A stretch of DNA of 64,000 bases from Squalus acanthias (lineage: Eukaryota). The position numbers were made by a program, and so were the translations under genes. The first letter of the stretch is position 1, and each line of letters begins with the position of its first letter. Below the pieces are notes generated by a model, which ran no database searches, was not told the DNA's origin, and saw nothing but the letters and a program-made list of their open reading frames with translations. Positions 1-12,295 of the stretch are shown piece by piece. The stretch is from NCBI GenBank assembly GCA_030390025.1, contig CM059432.1:71798001-71862000 (forward strand), read 5' to 3'.

Positions 1-282
1 CCGCCAGGTTTCACTGGAGTGTTTCACATCAGGCGTACTTCACGTGGGAAAAGGGTTAAACTAGCTAAAACATTTCAAAATGGCATTACAGAGCCAATTT
101 AGGGCTTGTTAAGGGCTTTAATGGCCTCTCCCGCCTTTTGGAGACGGGACGGAGTCGGGAACCCCGCGACTGATTTTGTCAAAATTGCGTGGAGGCGGGT
201 GGGGTCGGGACCCCCAACCCCGCAACTTTAACCCCCCACACGCCTCCAAACCCGACTCCACGGGTCATTCAAAATCCAGCCC
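1..282. mobile_element. Right end of a Harbinger-type non-autonomous element (runs off the window)
   Basis: Ends in AAAATCCAGCCC (271-282), the same TIR type as the elements at 35250-36731 and 22702-24110. The subterminal sequence resembles 23900-24110. Confidence 0.6.
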
Positions 283-654
283 TAGGTCTCCAAATGCCCC
301 TTTTCTGTGTTTTTAAAAAAATTCTTAATACTGCTACATTTGAGCATTGCAAGGTTCAGGAGTATAGCCTCATATGCTAGCTTGTTAAATTCTTACTTTG
401 ACACAATAAAGGAAGCGCGATGATGACTGCAACACAATCCCTGGACAGGATCTTTTTATTTATAAGCTATTTGGCTTACATTATGGCACAAGACTAAGTC
501 CACCATTATATTGGTGTACAATTGATAAGAGATTGGTTGATTAGGTCTAGTATTGGCAGAGCATGAGGAATGAACTGTTCCTCTTAAAATGGAAAAGGAG
601 ATAATGGACTAGAAAGAAAGTTACAGATATAAAAGAAAGAACTATAATATATAT

Positions 655-1784
655 GTATGTAGGGAAACACAGCAGCCAATTTGTTCTCAACAAGGTCTTA
701 CCAACAGTGAAGAGATAAATGACCAGGGGGGGGGAAAATTTGGTTGATTAGCGCCTCCCGTTAGCACCCTAAGAGGGCGCTAACGGGGCGCAAAGCAACT
801 AGAGCCTGGGCGCGGCGATCTTTGCGCTGCTCGCGAAATTGACCAGACATTTTGCGACGGCGCTAAACACTACCGCCACGGTCTCCTGCGCCCGCAGATC
901 GTGACGTCAGTTGAACGTGCAACACCCCGGTAGCGCCCCGGACCGGATATTGAGTGGCGCCCCCTGCCTTTCCACCTGCCGCTAGCAACGACAGGTTGAG
1001 GGGAACGTTTTGCAGTCGGGAAGGGACTGGGGGAGCGCTATTTAAAGGCGGCCGCTTCCTGCCTTTTTTTTATCGGCGACATTTTTGCACCACGCATTCT
1101 GAGAGAGAGAGAGAGAGAGAGAGACTTCTGGAGAGATTCAACGCTGTGGGAAGGAGTTTTGGGTACTGAGCAGCACTTTGCAGGTTCATTTTGATTTGAC
1201 CTTCCTTGCATCGATTTAGAAGAGACTGTGGGGGCTGCACTCTGAGCTCTTTCCCTGGGCCTCTCCATTGTTCTTTCCAGCAGAATTGATGTACAGGTCT
1301 CTCCAGGCCGAGATTCAAGGCTGCAATGAGCAGGGTGTGGCTGGAGAGCAAGATCGACCCTCCCCTTTAAGAACTGGCCGGTGCCATTGTGTGTGTGTTC
1401 AATTGCTGACTGACATCACATGAGCTTCGCCAGCGCTCTGAGGTAGCGCCTCGCTCCTCGGCGTTAGCGCCTTAAGAGAGGTGTGTAGTGCCTGATTTAG
1501 CGCTCAAATCACCTCCAGGCGCGATAGAAGCCAAGTTTGCAGTCAGAGGCAATAATTAGCGCCATGCGCTAAACTTTGCGCCTGGCCAATAATTGCGCCC
1601 CAAACGGGGCGATACCGAATTTCTCCCCCCAGATGTTTTACTGGTGTTGGCTGAGGGGTAAATGTTGGTCAGGATACCAGGAGAAGAACGCCCCTTCTCT
1701 TCAGATATTGTCATGGGATCTTTTATATCCATCTGAGAGGGCAGATTGGGTTTCAGTTTAACATCTCATCCAAATAATGGCACC
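655..1784 (-). mobile_element. DeuSINE (SacSINE1/AmnSINE-like) fragment split by a MITE
   Basis: 655-726 and 1630-1784 are the reverse complement of the SINE body at 17050-17265 (ctctcaggtggacgtaaaagatcccatggca...ctggtcattt). Confidence 0.75.
727..1629. mobile_element. PIF/Harbinger-type MITE
   Basis: TIRs GGGGGGAAAATTTGG / CCGAATTTCTCCCCC with 3-bp TSD CAG on both sides. GC-rich with an internal (GA)n at 1101-1123. Related to 63261-63978. Confidence 0.8.
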
Positions 1785-1969
1785 TTTAAATCATTTTGTC
1801 TTTTCAATATTCACAGTAAAAAGATTGCAGTAGTATCCATAGTCCAGTAGCCAAACTAACCGGTGATTCATCAAAGTATTTTATTCTAAAAGGAGAAATT
1901 TAGAATAGGCAGGGCAATGGTAAGCTGCAATGGTCAGTGTAGCTTTATGAAAGGAAGACTGTAAGTAAT

Positions 1970-3303
1970 GCATTCTGGCCTCTTGCGCATTCCTGATTTT
2001 CATCACTTTATCATTGGCAGCCATGCCTTTAGCTGCGTGGGCCCTAAGCTCCGGAATTCCCTCCCTAAACCCCTCTGCCTCTCTCTACTTCTCCCTCTTC
2101 CTTTAAGATGCTCCTTAAAACCTACCTCTTTGACCAAGCTTTAGAAGCATAGAAGATAGGAGCAGGAGTAGGCCATTCGGCCCCTCAAGCCTGCTCCGCC
2201 ATTTAATGAGATCATGGCTGATCATCCAAATTCAGTACCCTGTCCCTGCTTTCTCCCCATATCCCTTGATCCCTTTAGCCTTAAGAAATATATCTATGTC
2301 CTTCTTGAATATATTTAATGAATTGGCCTCAATTGCCTTCTGTGGTAGAGAATTCCACAGGTTCACCACTCTCTGGGTAAAGAAATTCCTCCTCATCTCA
2401 GTCCTAAATGGCTTACCCCTTATCCTTAGACTGTGACCTCTGGTTCTGGACTCCCCCGCCATCAGGAACATCCTTCCTGCATCGAGTCTGTCTAGTCCTG
2501 TTAGAATTTTATAAGTTTCAATGAGATCCCCTCTCATTCTTCTAAACTCTAGCGAATATAAGCCTAATCAACCCAATCGCTCTTCATACGTCATTCCTGC
2601 CATCCCAGGTATCAGTCTGGTAAATCTTCGCTGCACTCCCTCCATGGCAAGAACATCCTTTCTTAGATAAGGCGACCAAAACTGCACACAATACTCAAGG
2701 TGTGGTCTCATCAAGGCCTTGTACAACTGCAGCAAGACATCCTTGCTCCTGTACTCGAATTCTCTCGCTATGAAGGCCAACATACCATTTGCCTTCTTAA
2801 CTGCCTGCTGCACCTGCATGCTTACCTTCAGCGACTGGTGCACAAGGACTCCCAGATATCGTTGCACTTCCCCTTTTCCCAATCTATTGCCGTTCAGACA
2901 ATAATCTGTCTTCCTGTTTTTGCCACCAAAGTGGATAACCTCGCATTTATCCACATTATACTGCATCTGCCATGCATCTGCCCAATCACCCAACCTGTCC
3001 AAATCATACTGGAGTTTCTCTGCATCCTCCTCACAGCACACATGTCCACCCAGCTTTGTGTCGTCTGCAAACTTAGAGATATTACATCTAGTTCCCTCGT
3101 CTAACTCATTAATATATATTGTGAATAGCTGGGGTCCTAGCACCGATCCCTGCGGTACCCCACTAGTCACTGCCTTTTGGTCACCTGTCCTAATATCTCC
3201 TTATATGGCTCAATGTCAAATTTTGTTTGATAACGTTCCTGTGAAACGCCTTGGGATGTTTTACTATGTAAAGGTGCTATATAAATGCAAGTTATTGTTA
3301 TTG
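1970..3303 (+). mobile_element. L2-type LINE 3' end, interrupted by a CR1
   Basis: 1970-2142 and 3173-3303 rejoin as gaccaagcttt|tggtcacctgtcc and end in gctatataaatgcaagttattgtt. Reverse complement of 46628-46920. Confidence 0.75.
2143..3172 (-). mobile_element. 5'-truncated CR1 (HER1-like) LINE
   Basis: RT motifs GVPQGSVLGP, KFADDTKL and RPHLEYCVQFW in ORFs 2568-3170 and 2232-2537 (one frameshift), plus a CR1 3' tail. Confidence 0.92.
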
Positions 3304-3659
3304 AGACAACATGGTAAATTTGATTTTTCATTCTTGCTAAGGAGATTATGAAGGAAATCAAAGAGCTGCATTTGAAGAGGGTAATATCATTGGAAATACG
3401 AAATAACAAAATGAACGTTACTTTTATTCAATAGATTGGTTAATCAAAATATATACAGCTGTATTTATGTGCATGTTTGTGGTATAATTGTTATTAGCAT
3501 GTCTGTTCAGATTACTGTAAATTTTGCAACTTCAGGCAAAGCCAAATGGAAGTTCGTAGCATAACCCAAAACTTACTATAAAGCATGTACACAACCGCAT
3601 GAGATACCACATCATCTAAAACGTAATCAGAAGGATAATTATTACAAAAGAAGCCCAAT

Positions 3660-3915
3660 AACATGAGTGGGATGCCCTGGGGCATGGTGTTGGGACCACT
3701 ACTGTTTTTAAATTACATCATTACTTGGATTCAGAAACTCAGTGCAAATTGCTCAACTTTAGTACTAAATATACCAAACTAGGAGGGGCAGTGAAATTAG
3801 AGGAAGTCGTTCAGACATTACAGAATGAGTTGGACAAAACATGTATGTAGGCAGACCAATGGCAGATGGAATTTAATGCAAACAACTATAAAGTACTACA
3901 CATAGGAAGGATAAA
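3660..3915 (+). mobile_element. Degenerate CR1 RT fragment
   Basis: Decayed SG.P.G.VLGPLLF and WQMEFN coding sequence. Confidence 0.6.
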
Positions 3916-4584
3916 TTTTAAAATATTCAGTCTAATTGTATTTGTCTTTCTTGGGGAGAAGTTGCTGCCTAGCAACATGCCACATTATTTGCAAATTTTA
4001 GCAGCTCATCTGATACCAATACAAACCTTCCAACTCAAACATTTCATGTACAACAGATCTATTTTGGTTTCATAATCCCATTATTTTTGCCCCGTGCAAA
4101 ATTTACTCTCGGAGCTGCAGCAGGAGGTATACTTCTGAGAATGAGATTGAGGCATGTTTTTGGGGCAGAGTAGAGGGATCTTTACTCTGTATCCATCTGT
4201 GCTGTACTTGATCCGGCAATCTTTGATATTGACATTGAGTGAATCAAATGAGAAACTGCTACGTTTCCCAGCACTGGCATCCCTAAGCTTGATGAATATA
4301 AATTCAGCAAAAAAAGATGTAAAATATTGAACAAATGGTCCAAAACACTAAATAAAGCGTCCACTGTATCTGTAATCCCCTGCACAGAATTGAATAAATA
4401 GGATGTTGCATGATTATTATTGTTTCTAAAAACGATTTCAGCTGTGGCTTGACCGACATAATGCACTTGCAACTTCATCATTCATCCGTTATGAGTGCAG
4501 GTCAATCATGCAGTAAGTCACTCATGCAAACACTTCCCATGTACCATGGATAACCAAGCAGTTTCTTCAATATCTCTTATATTA

Positions 4585-5015
4585 GTCATGATGTGGAGAT
4601 GCCGGCGTTGGACTGGGGTGGACAAAAATCAGAAGTCGCACAACACCAGGTTATAGTCTAACAGATTTATTTAATTTTACAAGCTTTCGGAGCTGTTCGC
4701 TCCTTCTTCAGGTAAGGTAGCTGTGAGAGAATCTCCCAGAATTCACAATATAAACACAGAAAAAATCTATTCAAATCTTTCCCTACATCAAAGACACACC
4801 AAGAGCACAGCCAAGACAATGAGATGTGTCCCAGGGGGTCCAACGTGTCAAAACACCTGCTGGCTGCATATCCTCTCCATTTGTTGTGTTAGTCTTTTTA
4901 AAACAAAACCTGGAAAGACCGGCCATGATGTCAAGTCACGTTCTGTATCGTGACATGAACCCGATATCGCGATTGAGGCCATCCTCATGAGTGCGGAACT
5001 TGGCTATCAGTTTCT
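4585..5015 (-). mobile_element. Penelope-like element 3' end (different subfamily from 8584-12429)
   Basis: 4945-5015 encodes KLIAKFRTHEDGLNRD. 4585-4716 matches the 3' terminus at 12296-12429. Confidence 0.88.
4677..4716 (-). ncRNA. Minimal type I hammerhead ribozyme motif
   Basis: Minus strand reads cTTAC-CTGAAGA-A-GGAGC-gaaca-GCTCC-GAAA-GC-TT-GTAA: catalytic core plus stems I and II. Confidence 0.75.
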
Positions 5016-5444
5016 TAGTGTTTGCTGTGTTTCTGCTACAATGCTGAAATCAATACAGCATGATGGGGCCTTTTTTCAAATATTCCCTGTAGCTGTTCAA
5101 TAAAAAGCCACCACTGAATGAGAATCCTCCCATTAATCTTAGATAAACTATTCATTAAAATGACACATTGCTTTCCTCTACATTTGGATTTTGCTCCATG
5201 TGCAAAACCCTTTCATTACTCAAGTTTGGACTTCTATTGTCTTTTTACTTCAGACACAATTACCTGTTTCAAACTAACTGTAAATTGACCAAGCATAAAT
5301 ACAAAGTGTAACTACAGCACAAACGCTGAGCAATTATGGGGGAACGACAAACTATTCTTCAAAGGGGCACTGTCATGTTATTAAAGATTTGAGGAGGAAC
5401 AGTGTCTTCTGTCATCCTCCTAAGCAGGGTTATTATGACACAAC

Positions 5445-7661
5445 ATGTACCGCAGCAGTCCAGAAATCTGTCCTCCAGCAGATTACTAGGATTGCTGAGG
5501 TGCCGTCCTGGGGGAGTGCCAGTGGCTCAGTGGAGCACGAACCTGCTGTCCTCTCTCAGGATGACTGCATTCCTCCTCCCACCACTGCCACTCCACCAGT
5601 GCCCTTGCTGTAGCCTGCCAGCCCAGACTACTGCTGTCCATGCTGAGGTGGTGCAGTCCAAAGCTGGACCTACTAGGCCCAGAGCTGCTCAAGGTCATCC
5701 TGCAAAGCCATCTACAGTCTCCCCCACTGAAAGTCAGCAGCATTCCACCAGCCAAGCTGCAGCCTCTGGGGCAGCACTGCGCAGGAGCACTGGGACAGGC
5801 AAAGGCACACGGAAGACAGCCACTAAGGGATACACAAGGGTGATTAGTTGACATTTGATTGAAATATTGTAATAGTTTGATTCATAAAATTGGTTTGGAA
5901 TGTTTATTTTGTGGTTTTATTGTAGCATTGTGGCCAAGAGGACGCTGTGATGTTCAGTAACAGAGGGAAGGCATGGTGTGGAACTATTGTTGAATTGGGG
6001 TTGCATTCACTGGTACTGCAGTCGGATGATTCGATCACGGACAGCCCAAGCAGAAAGGGGCTGTCTTGGTTGCCTCCTGGCTTCTGCTTCCTCCTCTTCT
6101 GCTTCCTCCTCTTCCAATTCTGCTTCCTCCTCTTCCTCTTCTGCTTCCTCCTCCTCCTTTTCCTCTTCCTTCTCTTCCTCTTTCTCCTACTCCTCTTTCT
6201 CCTCCTCATCCTCTTTCTCCTCCTCATCCTCTGCCCCCGCCTCATCCTCTTCTGCTTCCTCCTCCTCAGCTGGTCACCATATGCCTGGTGGCAAGGGCTG
6301 TGCCCTCATGATGGCGAGGTTGTGGAGCATGTAGCAGACTATGATGAATCTTGAGATGCCCTCTGGTGAGTACTGCAGGGCTCCTCCAGAGAGGTCCAGG
6401 CAGCGAAAGCATTGTTTAAGGATGCCAATGGTCTGCTCTATAAGATTCTGTGTGGCTTTCGTTACATGCATGCTGCCCAAGTGTGCGTGGGTTGCGCAGT
6501 GGAGTCATGAGCCAGGTGGTCAGCAGATAGCCCTTGTCACCCAGTAGCCACCCTCTGGTTTGTCGTGGGGGCTCAAATGCTGATAATACAGCGGACTGTC
6601 GCAGAATGAAGGCATCATGGCTGCTGCCAGGATACCAAGCATTGACTTGCATTGTACGTGAGTATGGTCGCACACCAGCTGGACATTGAGGGAGTGGAAT
6701 CCCTTCTGGTTGCAGTACATCTCCGAATTGAGAGACAGCGCCCGCAAAGCGATGTGTGTGCAGTCAATGGCACCCTGCAGCATGGGGAAGCCTGCTATCC
6801 TGGTGAAGCCGCGTGCTTGCTCCGCCTGCTTCTCTCTAGCAAGAGAGAATGAAATGTATTCAGCTATTCTTGCATACAGAGCCTCACTCACCTCCCTTAT
6901 ACAGGAGTGGACGGCAGACTGGGAGATGTTACAGATGTCGCCTGCTCCAGCCTGGGAGGAGTCCGACGTGAAGAAGTTGAAGGCCACGGTCACCTTTACA
7001 GCCACTGACAATGCCGTCCTCACCCTGGACTGAGGCGGCAGGTCTGCCTGCAGCAGGTGGCAGATTTCAGTGAGCACCTCCTTCATAAAACAGAGACATC
7101 ACACAAACTGTTCGTCGTTGAGGTTGAGGGAGGAGAATTGTTCCTTGAAGACCCTGGGTGGATATGGCCTCCTGCTGAGAGCCCTTCCCCCCCTCCTCCT
7201 CCTGCCTCTTCTAGCAGCTTGTCCTGCTCTGTGTCGCTTCTGCTTATTCTCCCTGTCACACAAACAACTGCACCCATTTCTGGGAGCAACTGGTCTGAGC
7301 AGACCCATTGCAAGTCAGCAACAGCTAGTAGAAATCAATCAGCAACTAACCTGTAAGTAGGTGATGATCCCTTTAAATAGCGCTGGTGGGGGATCCTTCC
7401 TGCTGCTGAACGCATGTTCAGCTGTGCGAGATTAAGAGAGGGCATTAGTTCCAGCATTGAGGTCGAAAATGGCAGCGCTGGCGTCAAATAGCAAGTACAT
7501 ACGACGCACACTCCCAGCGCTGATGCTAATGCCCTCACCAAAATGGCGTCAGGTGCGGCCCGTACCAGAAGTGCGCACACGCTGCTCGAATGCCATTTTG
7601 GACACAAAATGGCACCCATACTGCTGAAAAACTGGGTGCTATGGAGCCGAATTTCTCGCCC
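5445..7661. mobile_element. PIF/Harbinger transposon, left-truncated (transposase on -, 3' end of Myb/SANT gene on +)
   Basis: Right TIR CCGAATTTCTCGCCC ends at 7661. 5445-5850 is homologous to 62900-63225 and 31468-31700 (Myb gene 3' exon). The two genes are convergent. Confidence 0.88.
6007..7308 (-). pseudogene. Harbinger (HARBI1-like) DDE transposase, disrupted
   Basis: GFPMLQGAIDCTHI, KGFHSLNVQLVCD, YPGSSHDAFIL, LLGDKGY and IEQTIGILKQCFRCLD are spread over three frames, with a premature stop at 7099 and a Glu-rich tail ending RIIRLQYQ*. Confidence 0.92.
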
Positions 7662-8637
7662 AATAAATCTAATAAATTACACATTTAAGGGGAGGCTTGA
7701 TTCATTCATGAGGAAAAAGGGAATAGAGGGATCTGGGGCATGGTGGAAACAGGTAATTGAGAGTGGGAGGAGGCTTGTGTGGAGTATATACACGAGCATA
7801 AACCATTTGAGCCAAATGTCCTGTTTCTGTGCTGTCAATTCTATGTATGTAAAATTATTGAGCTTTTCTAATCCGCACCTCATAATTCTAATATCTTGGC
7901 AACCAACAAAATGCTCTTTGTTACCTAAACTGATATTCCAGCAAGTTTTAAACTCCAATCCTGCTGTACAAGCTTGTTTAAAACAAGCTCAGTCATTTTT
8001 GTAGTCAATTTTACAAATTAATTAGCAGAGCTCCCATGGCATTGTTTACAGAGAGCTAGAGGTTTTATAAGAACATTGCTGTTATGCCAAGAAATATTAC
8101 AATGGCCAAGTATTACCATGACTTAATTAGCACTGGAAATGGCTCTGGGACTTGGAAGCAGTGGGAAGAGGCCTCAGAGCCTGGAATATTGGGATTGGGC
8201 ATTGGCGTCTACCAGTATTTTGAGGCGGCTCCAGGTTCTGGTGGAGTGGGAAGCGCATATGAAGGGGCGAGGGGAGAGAGGGATGGAGATGGAGAGACGG
8301 GGCAAGCGTGGGATGAGATGAGGGGGCGAAAGTCACAAGCACGTTTACTGCAGCCTCTAGAAATCTCTCCTTTCTAGAAGCGAACTCGGGAACATTAAAC
8401 ATGTAGTCTAAGACTTGTGGCCAAGGACTCCAGAGTAGGACTCCATGGATGCTACAGAGTGGTACATAGAAGGGTGGGCTACTAATGTGAACTGGGGGTT
8501 GCAATGCAGCCTGGGGCGGTTTTGTTCCCTCCCCTTCTGGCCCTTGATGATCCCTGTCACATTTTTTGCTGCCTCTCCAGCACCAAAAATGAGAAGTCGC
8601 ACAACACCAGGTTATAGTCCAACAGTTTTATTTGAAA

Positions 8638-8679
8638 TCACAAGCTTTCGGAGCTTACGTGGCCCCTTCCTCAGGTGAA
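8638..8679 (-). ncRNA. Minimal type I hammerhead ribozyme motif
   Basis: Reverse complement of 12296-12337. Confidence 0.75.
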
Positions 8680-9002
8680 GTAAAGAAATACAGAATCTAC
8701 AAAGCATATATAGATAGAGAACAATGCATGTGTAACTTACAATGGCAGACGACTACATTTAAATCATCCTGACTGCTTATCTGCCGAGGTGTGACAAAAG
8801 GCAATCAGGTCAGCCAGGAAGGTACCACATCAAAGACATAGCAAGATACAACTGAGACAATGAGGTGGAGTCACAGGGGGTCCAATGTGTCTAAAGCCGC
8901 AGTCGGTATGGGAAACGATAAACTTTAAAATTTTTACTTTTTTACTGGGAATCACATCTGTGAACAAGCCAACGACGACTCGAGTCTGGATCACGTCATG
9001 TA

Positions 9003-11063
9003 TCATGACATAAACCCAAGATCCCGGTTGAGGCCGTCCTCATGAGTGCGGAACTTGGCTATCAGTTTCTGCTCGATGATTTTGCGTTGTCGTGTGTTTC
9101 TAAGGCCGTCTTGGAGAACGCTTACCCGCAGATCCGAGGCTGAATGTCCTTGACTGCTGAAGTGTTCCCCGACTGGGAGGGAACACTCCTGCCTGGTGAT
9201 TGTTGCGCGGTGTCCGTTCATACGTTGTCTCAGTGTCTGCATGGTCTCGCCGATGTACCATGCCGCGGTGCATTCTTTCCTGCAACGTATGAGGTAGACA
9301 ACGTTGGCCGAGTCACATGAGTATGTACCATGTACCTGGTGGGTAGTGTCCTCACGTGTGATGATGGTATCTGTGTTGATGATCTGGCATGTCTTGCAGA
9401 GGTTGCCGTGGCAGGGTTGTGTGGTGTCGTGGTCGCTGTTATCCTGAAAGCTGGGTAATTTGCTGCGAATGATGGTACTTCTGAGGTTAGGCGGCTGTTT
9501 GAAGGCAAGTAGTGGAGGCGTGGGGATGGCCTTAGCGAGGTGTTCGTCGTCATCGATGACATGTTGGAGGCTGCGAAGAACATGGCGTAGTTTCTCTGCT
9601 CCGGGGAAGTACTGGACGACGTAGGGTACCCTGTTGGTTGTGTCCCGTGTTTGCCTTCTGAGGAGGTCTATGCGATTTTTCGCTGTGGCCCGTCGGAACT
9701 GTCGATCGATGAGTCGAGCGTCATATCCCGTTCTTACGAGGGCGTTTTTCAGCGTCCGTAGGTGTCCATCGCGTTCCTCCTCGTCTGAGCAGATCCTGTG
9801 TATTCGCAGGGCTTGTCCATAGGGGATGGCTTCTTTAACGTGGTTAGGGTGGAAGCTGGAGAAGTGGAGCATCGTGAGGTTGTCCGTGGGCTTGCGGTAG
9901 AGTGAAGTGCTGAGGTGTCCGTCTTTGATGGAGATTCGTGTGTCCAGGAATGAAACCGATTCTGAGGAGTAGTCCATGGTGAGTTTGATGGTGGGATGGA
10001 ACTTGTTTATGTTATCGTGTAGTCTTTTCAGTGATCCTTCGCCATGGGTCCAAAGGAAGAAAATGTCGTCGATGTATCTGGTGTACAGCGTTGGCTGGAG
10101 GTCCTGTGCAGCGAAGAAGTCTTGCTCGAACTTGTGCATGAAGATGTTGGCGTATTGGGGTGTGAATTTGGTCCCCATGGCTGTTCCGTGTGTTTGGGTA
10201 AAAAAATGGTTGTCGAAGGTGAAGACATTGTGGTCAAGGATGAAGCGGATGAGTTGTAGGATGGCGTCTGGAGATTGGCTGTTGTTGGTGTTGAGTACTG
10301 AGGCTGTCGCAGCGATGTCGTCATCGTGGGGGATACTGGTGTAGAGTGCCGATACGTCCATCGTGGCGAGGAGTGTTCCTGGTTCAACTGGTCCGTGGGT
10401 GCTGAGTTTCTGTAAGAAGTCTGTGGTGTCACGGCAGAAGCTGGGGGTTCCCTGTACGATGGGTTTCAGGATGCCCTCGACGTATCCAGAGAGGTTCTCA
10501 CACAGGGTTCCATTGCCTGATACGATAGGACATCCGGGTGTGTTGGCTTTGTGTATCTTTGGGAGGCAGTAGAAGTCTCCCACGCGGGGAGTACGTGGGA
10601 TGAGAGCGTGTAGGATGCTTTGAAGGTCTGGATCGAAGGTCTTGATCAGTCTATTGAGTTGGCGGGTGTGTTCTTTGGTCGGATCTGCGGGTAACTGTCT
10701 GTAGTGTTCCAGGTTGTCCAGTTGTCGGTATGCTTCTTTGCAATAGTCCATTCTGTTCTGTATGACGATGGCTCCTCCTTTGTCCGCTGGTTTGATGACG
10801 ATGTTGCGGTTGGTCTTGAGAGCGTGGATGGCGTTGCGTTGTGCTCGGGTGACATTCTGGACTGTCTTGTGAGTGCGGCTGATGAATCTGGCATTGATGC
10901 ATCTCCTGACAGCTTGAGCATACATGTCAAGCTTGGGGCAGCGACCCTCCGGAGGGGTCCAATTTGACTCTTTTTTCTTTTTTTTTCGGTTGCTGCACTG
11001 CGAGTCCCTCTGTCTGCTGTTCTGGATCATTGATTGTCTCATTGAGTTTGTTGCTGACATCAC
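9003..11063 (-). CDS. Penelope-like polyprotein: reverse transcriptase + GIY-YIG endonuclease (5'-truncated, 686 aa open)
   Basis: IKPADKGG, FYCLPKIHK, MDVSALYTSIP, GTAMG, YTRYIDDIF, Cys-rich linker PCHGNLCKTC, and VVYLIRC...WYIGET. Confidence 0.93.
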   Translation of the reverse strand: MMSATNSMRQSMIQNSRQRDSQCSNRKKKKKESNWTPPEGRCPKLDMYAQAVRRCINARFISRTHKTVQNVTRAQRNAIHALKTNRNIVIKPADKGGAIVIQNRMDYCKEAYRQLDNLEHYRQLPADPTKEHTRQLNRLIKTFDPDLQSILHALIPRTPRVGDFYCLPKIHKANTPGCPIVSGNGTLCENLSGYVEGILKPIVQGTPSFCRDTTDFLQKLSTHGPVEPGTLLATMDVSALYTSIPHDDDIAATASVLNTNNSQSPDAILQLIRFILDHNVFTFDNHFFTQTHGTAMGTKFTPQYANIFMHKFEQDFFAAQDLQPTLYTRYIDDIFFLWTHGEGSLKRLHDNINKFHPTIKLTMDYSSESVSFLDTRISIKDGHLSTSLYRKPTDNLTMLHFSSFHPNHVKEAIPYGQALRIHRICSDEEERDGHLRTLKNALVRTGYDARLIDRQFRRATAKNRIDLLRRQTRDTTNRVPYVVQYFPGAEKLRHVLRSLQHVIDDDEHLAKAIPTPPLLAFKQPPNLRSTIIRSKLPSFQDNSDHDTTQPCHGNLCKTCQIINTDTIITREDTTHQVHGTYSCDSANVVYLIRCRKECTAAWYIGETMQTLRQRMNGHRATITRQECSLPVGEHFSSQGHSASDLRVSVLQDGLRNTRQRKIIEQKLIAKFRTHEDGLNRDLGFMS

Positions 11064-11102
11064 AGCACTTCACTCTACCGCAAGCCCACGGACAACCTCA
11101 CG

Positions 11103-11984
11103 ATGCTCCACTTCTCCAGCTTCCACCCTAACCACGTTAAAGAAGCCATCCCCTATGGACAAGCCCTGCGAATACACAGGATCTGCTCAGACGAGGAGGA
11201 ACGCGATGGACACCTACGGACGCTGAAAAACGCCCTCGTAAGAACGGGATATGACGCTCGACTCATCGATCGACAGTTCCGACGGGCCACAGCGAAAAAT
11301 CGCATAGACCTCCTCAGAAGGCAAACACGGGACACAACCAACAGGGTACCCTACGTCGTCCAGTACTTCCCCGGAGCAGAGAAACTACACCATGTTCTTC
11401 GCAGCCTCCAACATGTCATCGATGACGACGAACACCTCGCTAAGGCCATCCCCACGCCTCCACTACTTGCCTTCAAACAGCCGCCTAACCTCAGAAGTAA
11501 CATCGTTCGCAGCAAATTACCCAGCTTTCAGGATAACAGCGACCACGACACCACACAACCCTGCCACGGCAACCTCTGCAAGACATGCCAGATCATCAAC
11601 ACAGATACCATCATCACACGTGAGGACACTACCCACCAGGTACATGGTACATACTCATGTGACTCGGCCAACGTTGTCTACCTCATACGTTGCAGGAAAG
11701 AATGCACCGCGGCATGGTACATCGGCGAGACCATGCAGACACTGAGACAACGTATGAACGGACACCGCGCAACAATCACCAGGCAGGAGTGTTCCCTCCC
11801 AGTCGGGGAACACTTCAGCAGTCAAGGACATTCAGCCTCGGATCTGCGGGTAAGCGTTCTCCAAGGCGGCCTTAGAAACACACGACAACGCAAAATCATC
11901 GAGCAGAAACTGATAGCCAAGTTCCGCACTCATGAGGACGGCCTCAACCGGGATCTTGGGTTTATGTCACGATACATGACGTGA
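11103..11984 (+). pseudogene. Duplicated C-terminal part (thumb/linker + GIY-YIG) of the Penelope ORF
   Basis: Protein nearly identical to the C-terminal ~290 aa of 9003-11063. It keeps the natural end GFMSRYMT*. Confidence 0.9.
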
Positions 11985-12295
11985 TCCAGACTCGAGTCGT
12001 CGTTGGCTTGTTCACAGATGTGATTCCCAGTAAAAAAGTAAAAATTTTAAAGTTTATCGTTTCCCATACCGACTGCGGCTTTTGACACATTGGACCCCCT
12101 GTGACTCCACCTCATTGTCTCAGTTGTATCTTGCTATGTCTTTGATGTGGTACCTTCCTGGCTGACCTGATTGCCTTTTGTCACACCTCGGCAGATAAAC
12201 AGTCAGGATGATTTAAATGTAGTCGTCTGCCATTGTAAGTTACACATGCATTGTTCTCTATCTATATATGCTTTGTAGATTCTGTATTTCTTTAC

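Noticed and set aside
5904..6354. Arg/Lys-rich (protamine-like), Leu/Phe-rich and Ser-rich ORFs
   Set aside because: Alternative frames of the Glu-coding low-complexity tract in the transposase.
8090..8583. Coiled-coil-like coding remnant at the Penelope target site (continues at 12430-12500, minus strand LAEKQMREKEQVKLELERQ)
   Set aside because: Interrupted by stops and not assignable to a family by eye. Probably an old retroelement ORF; used only as support for the TSD.
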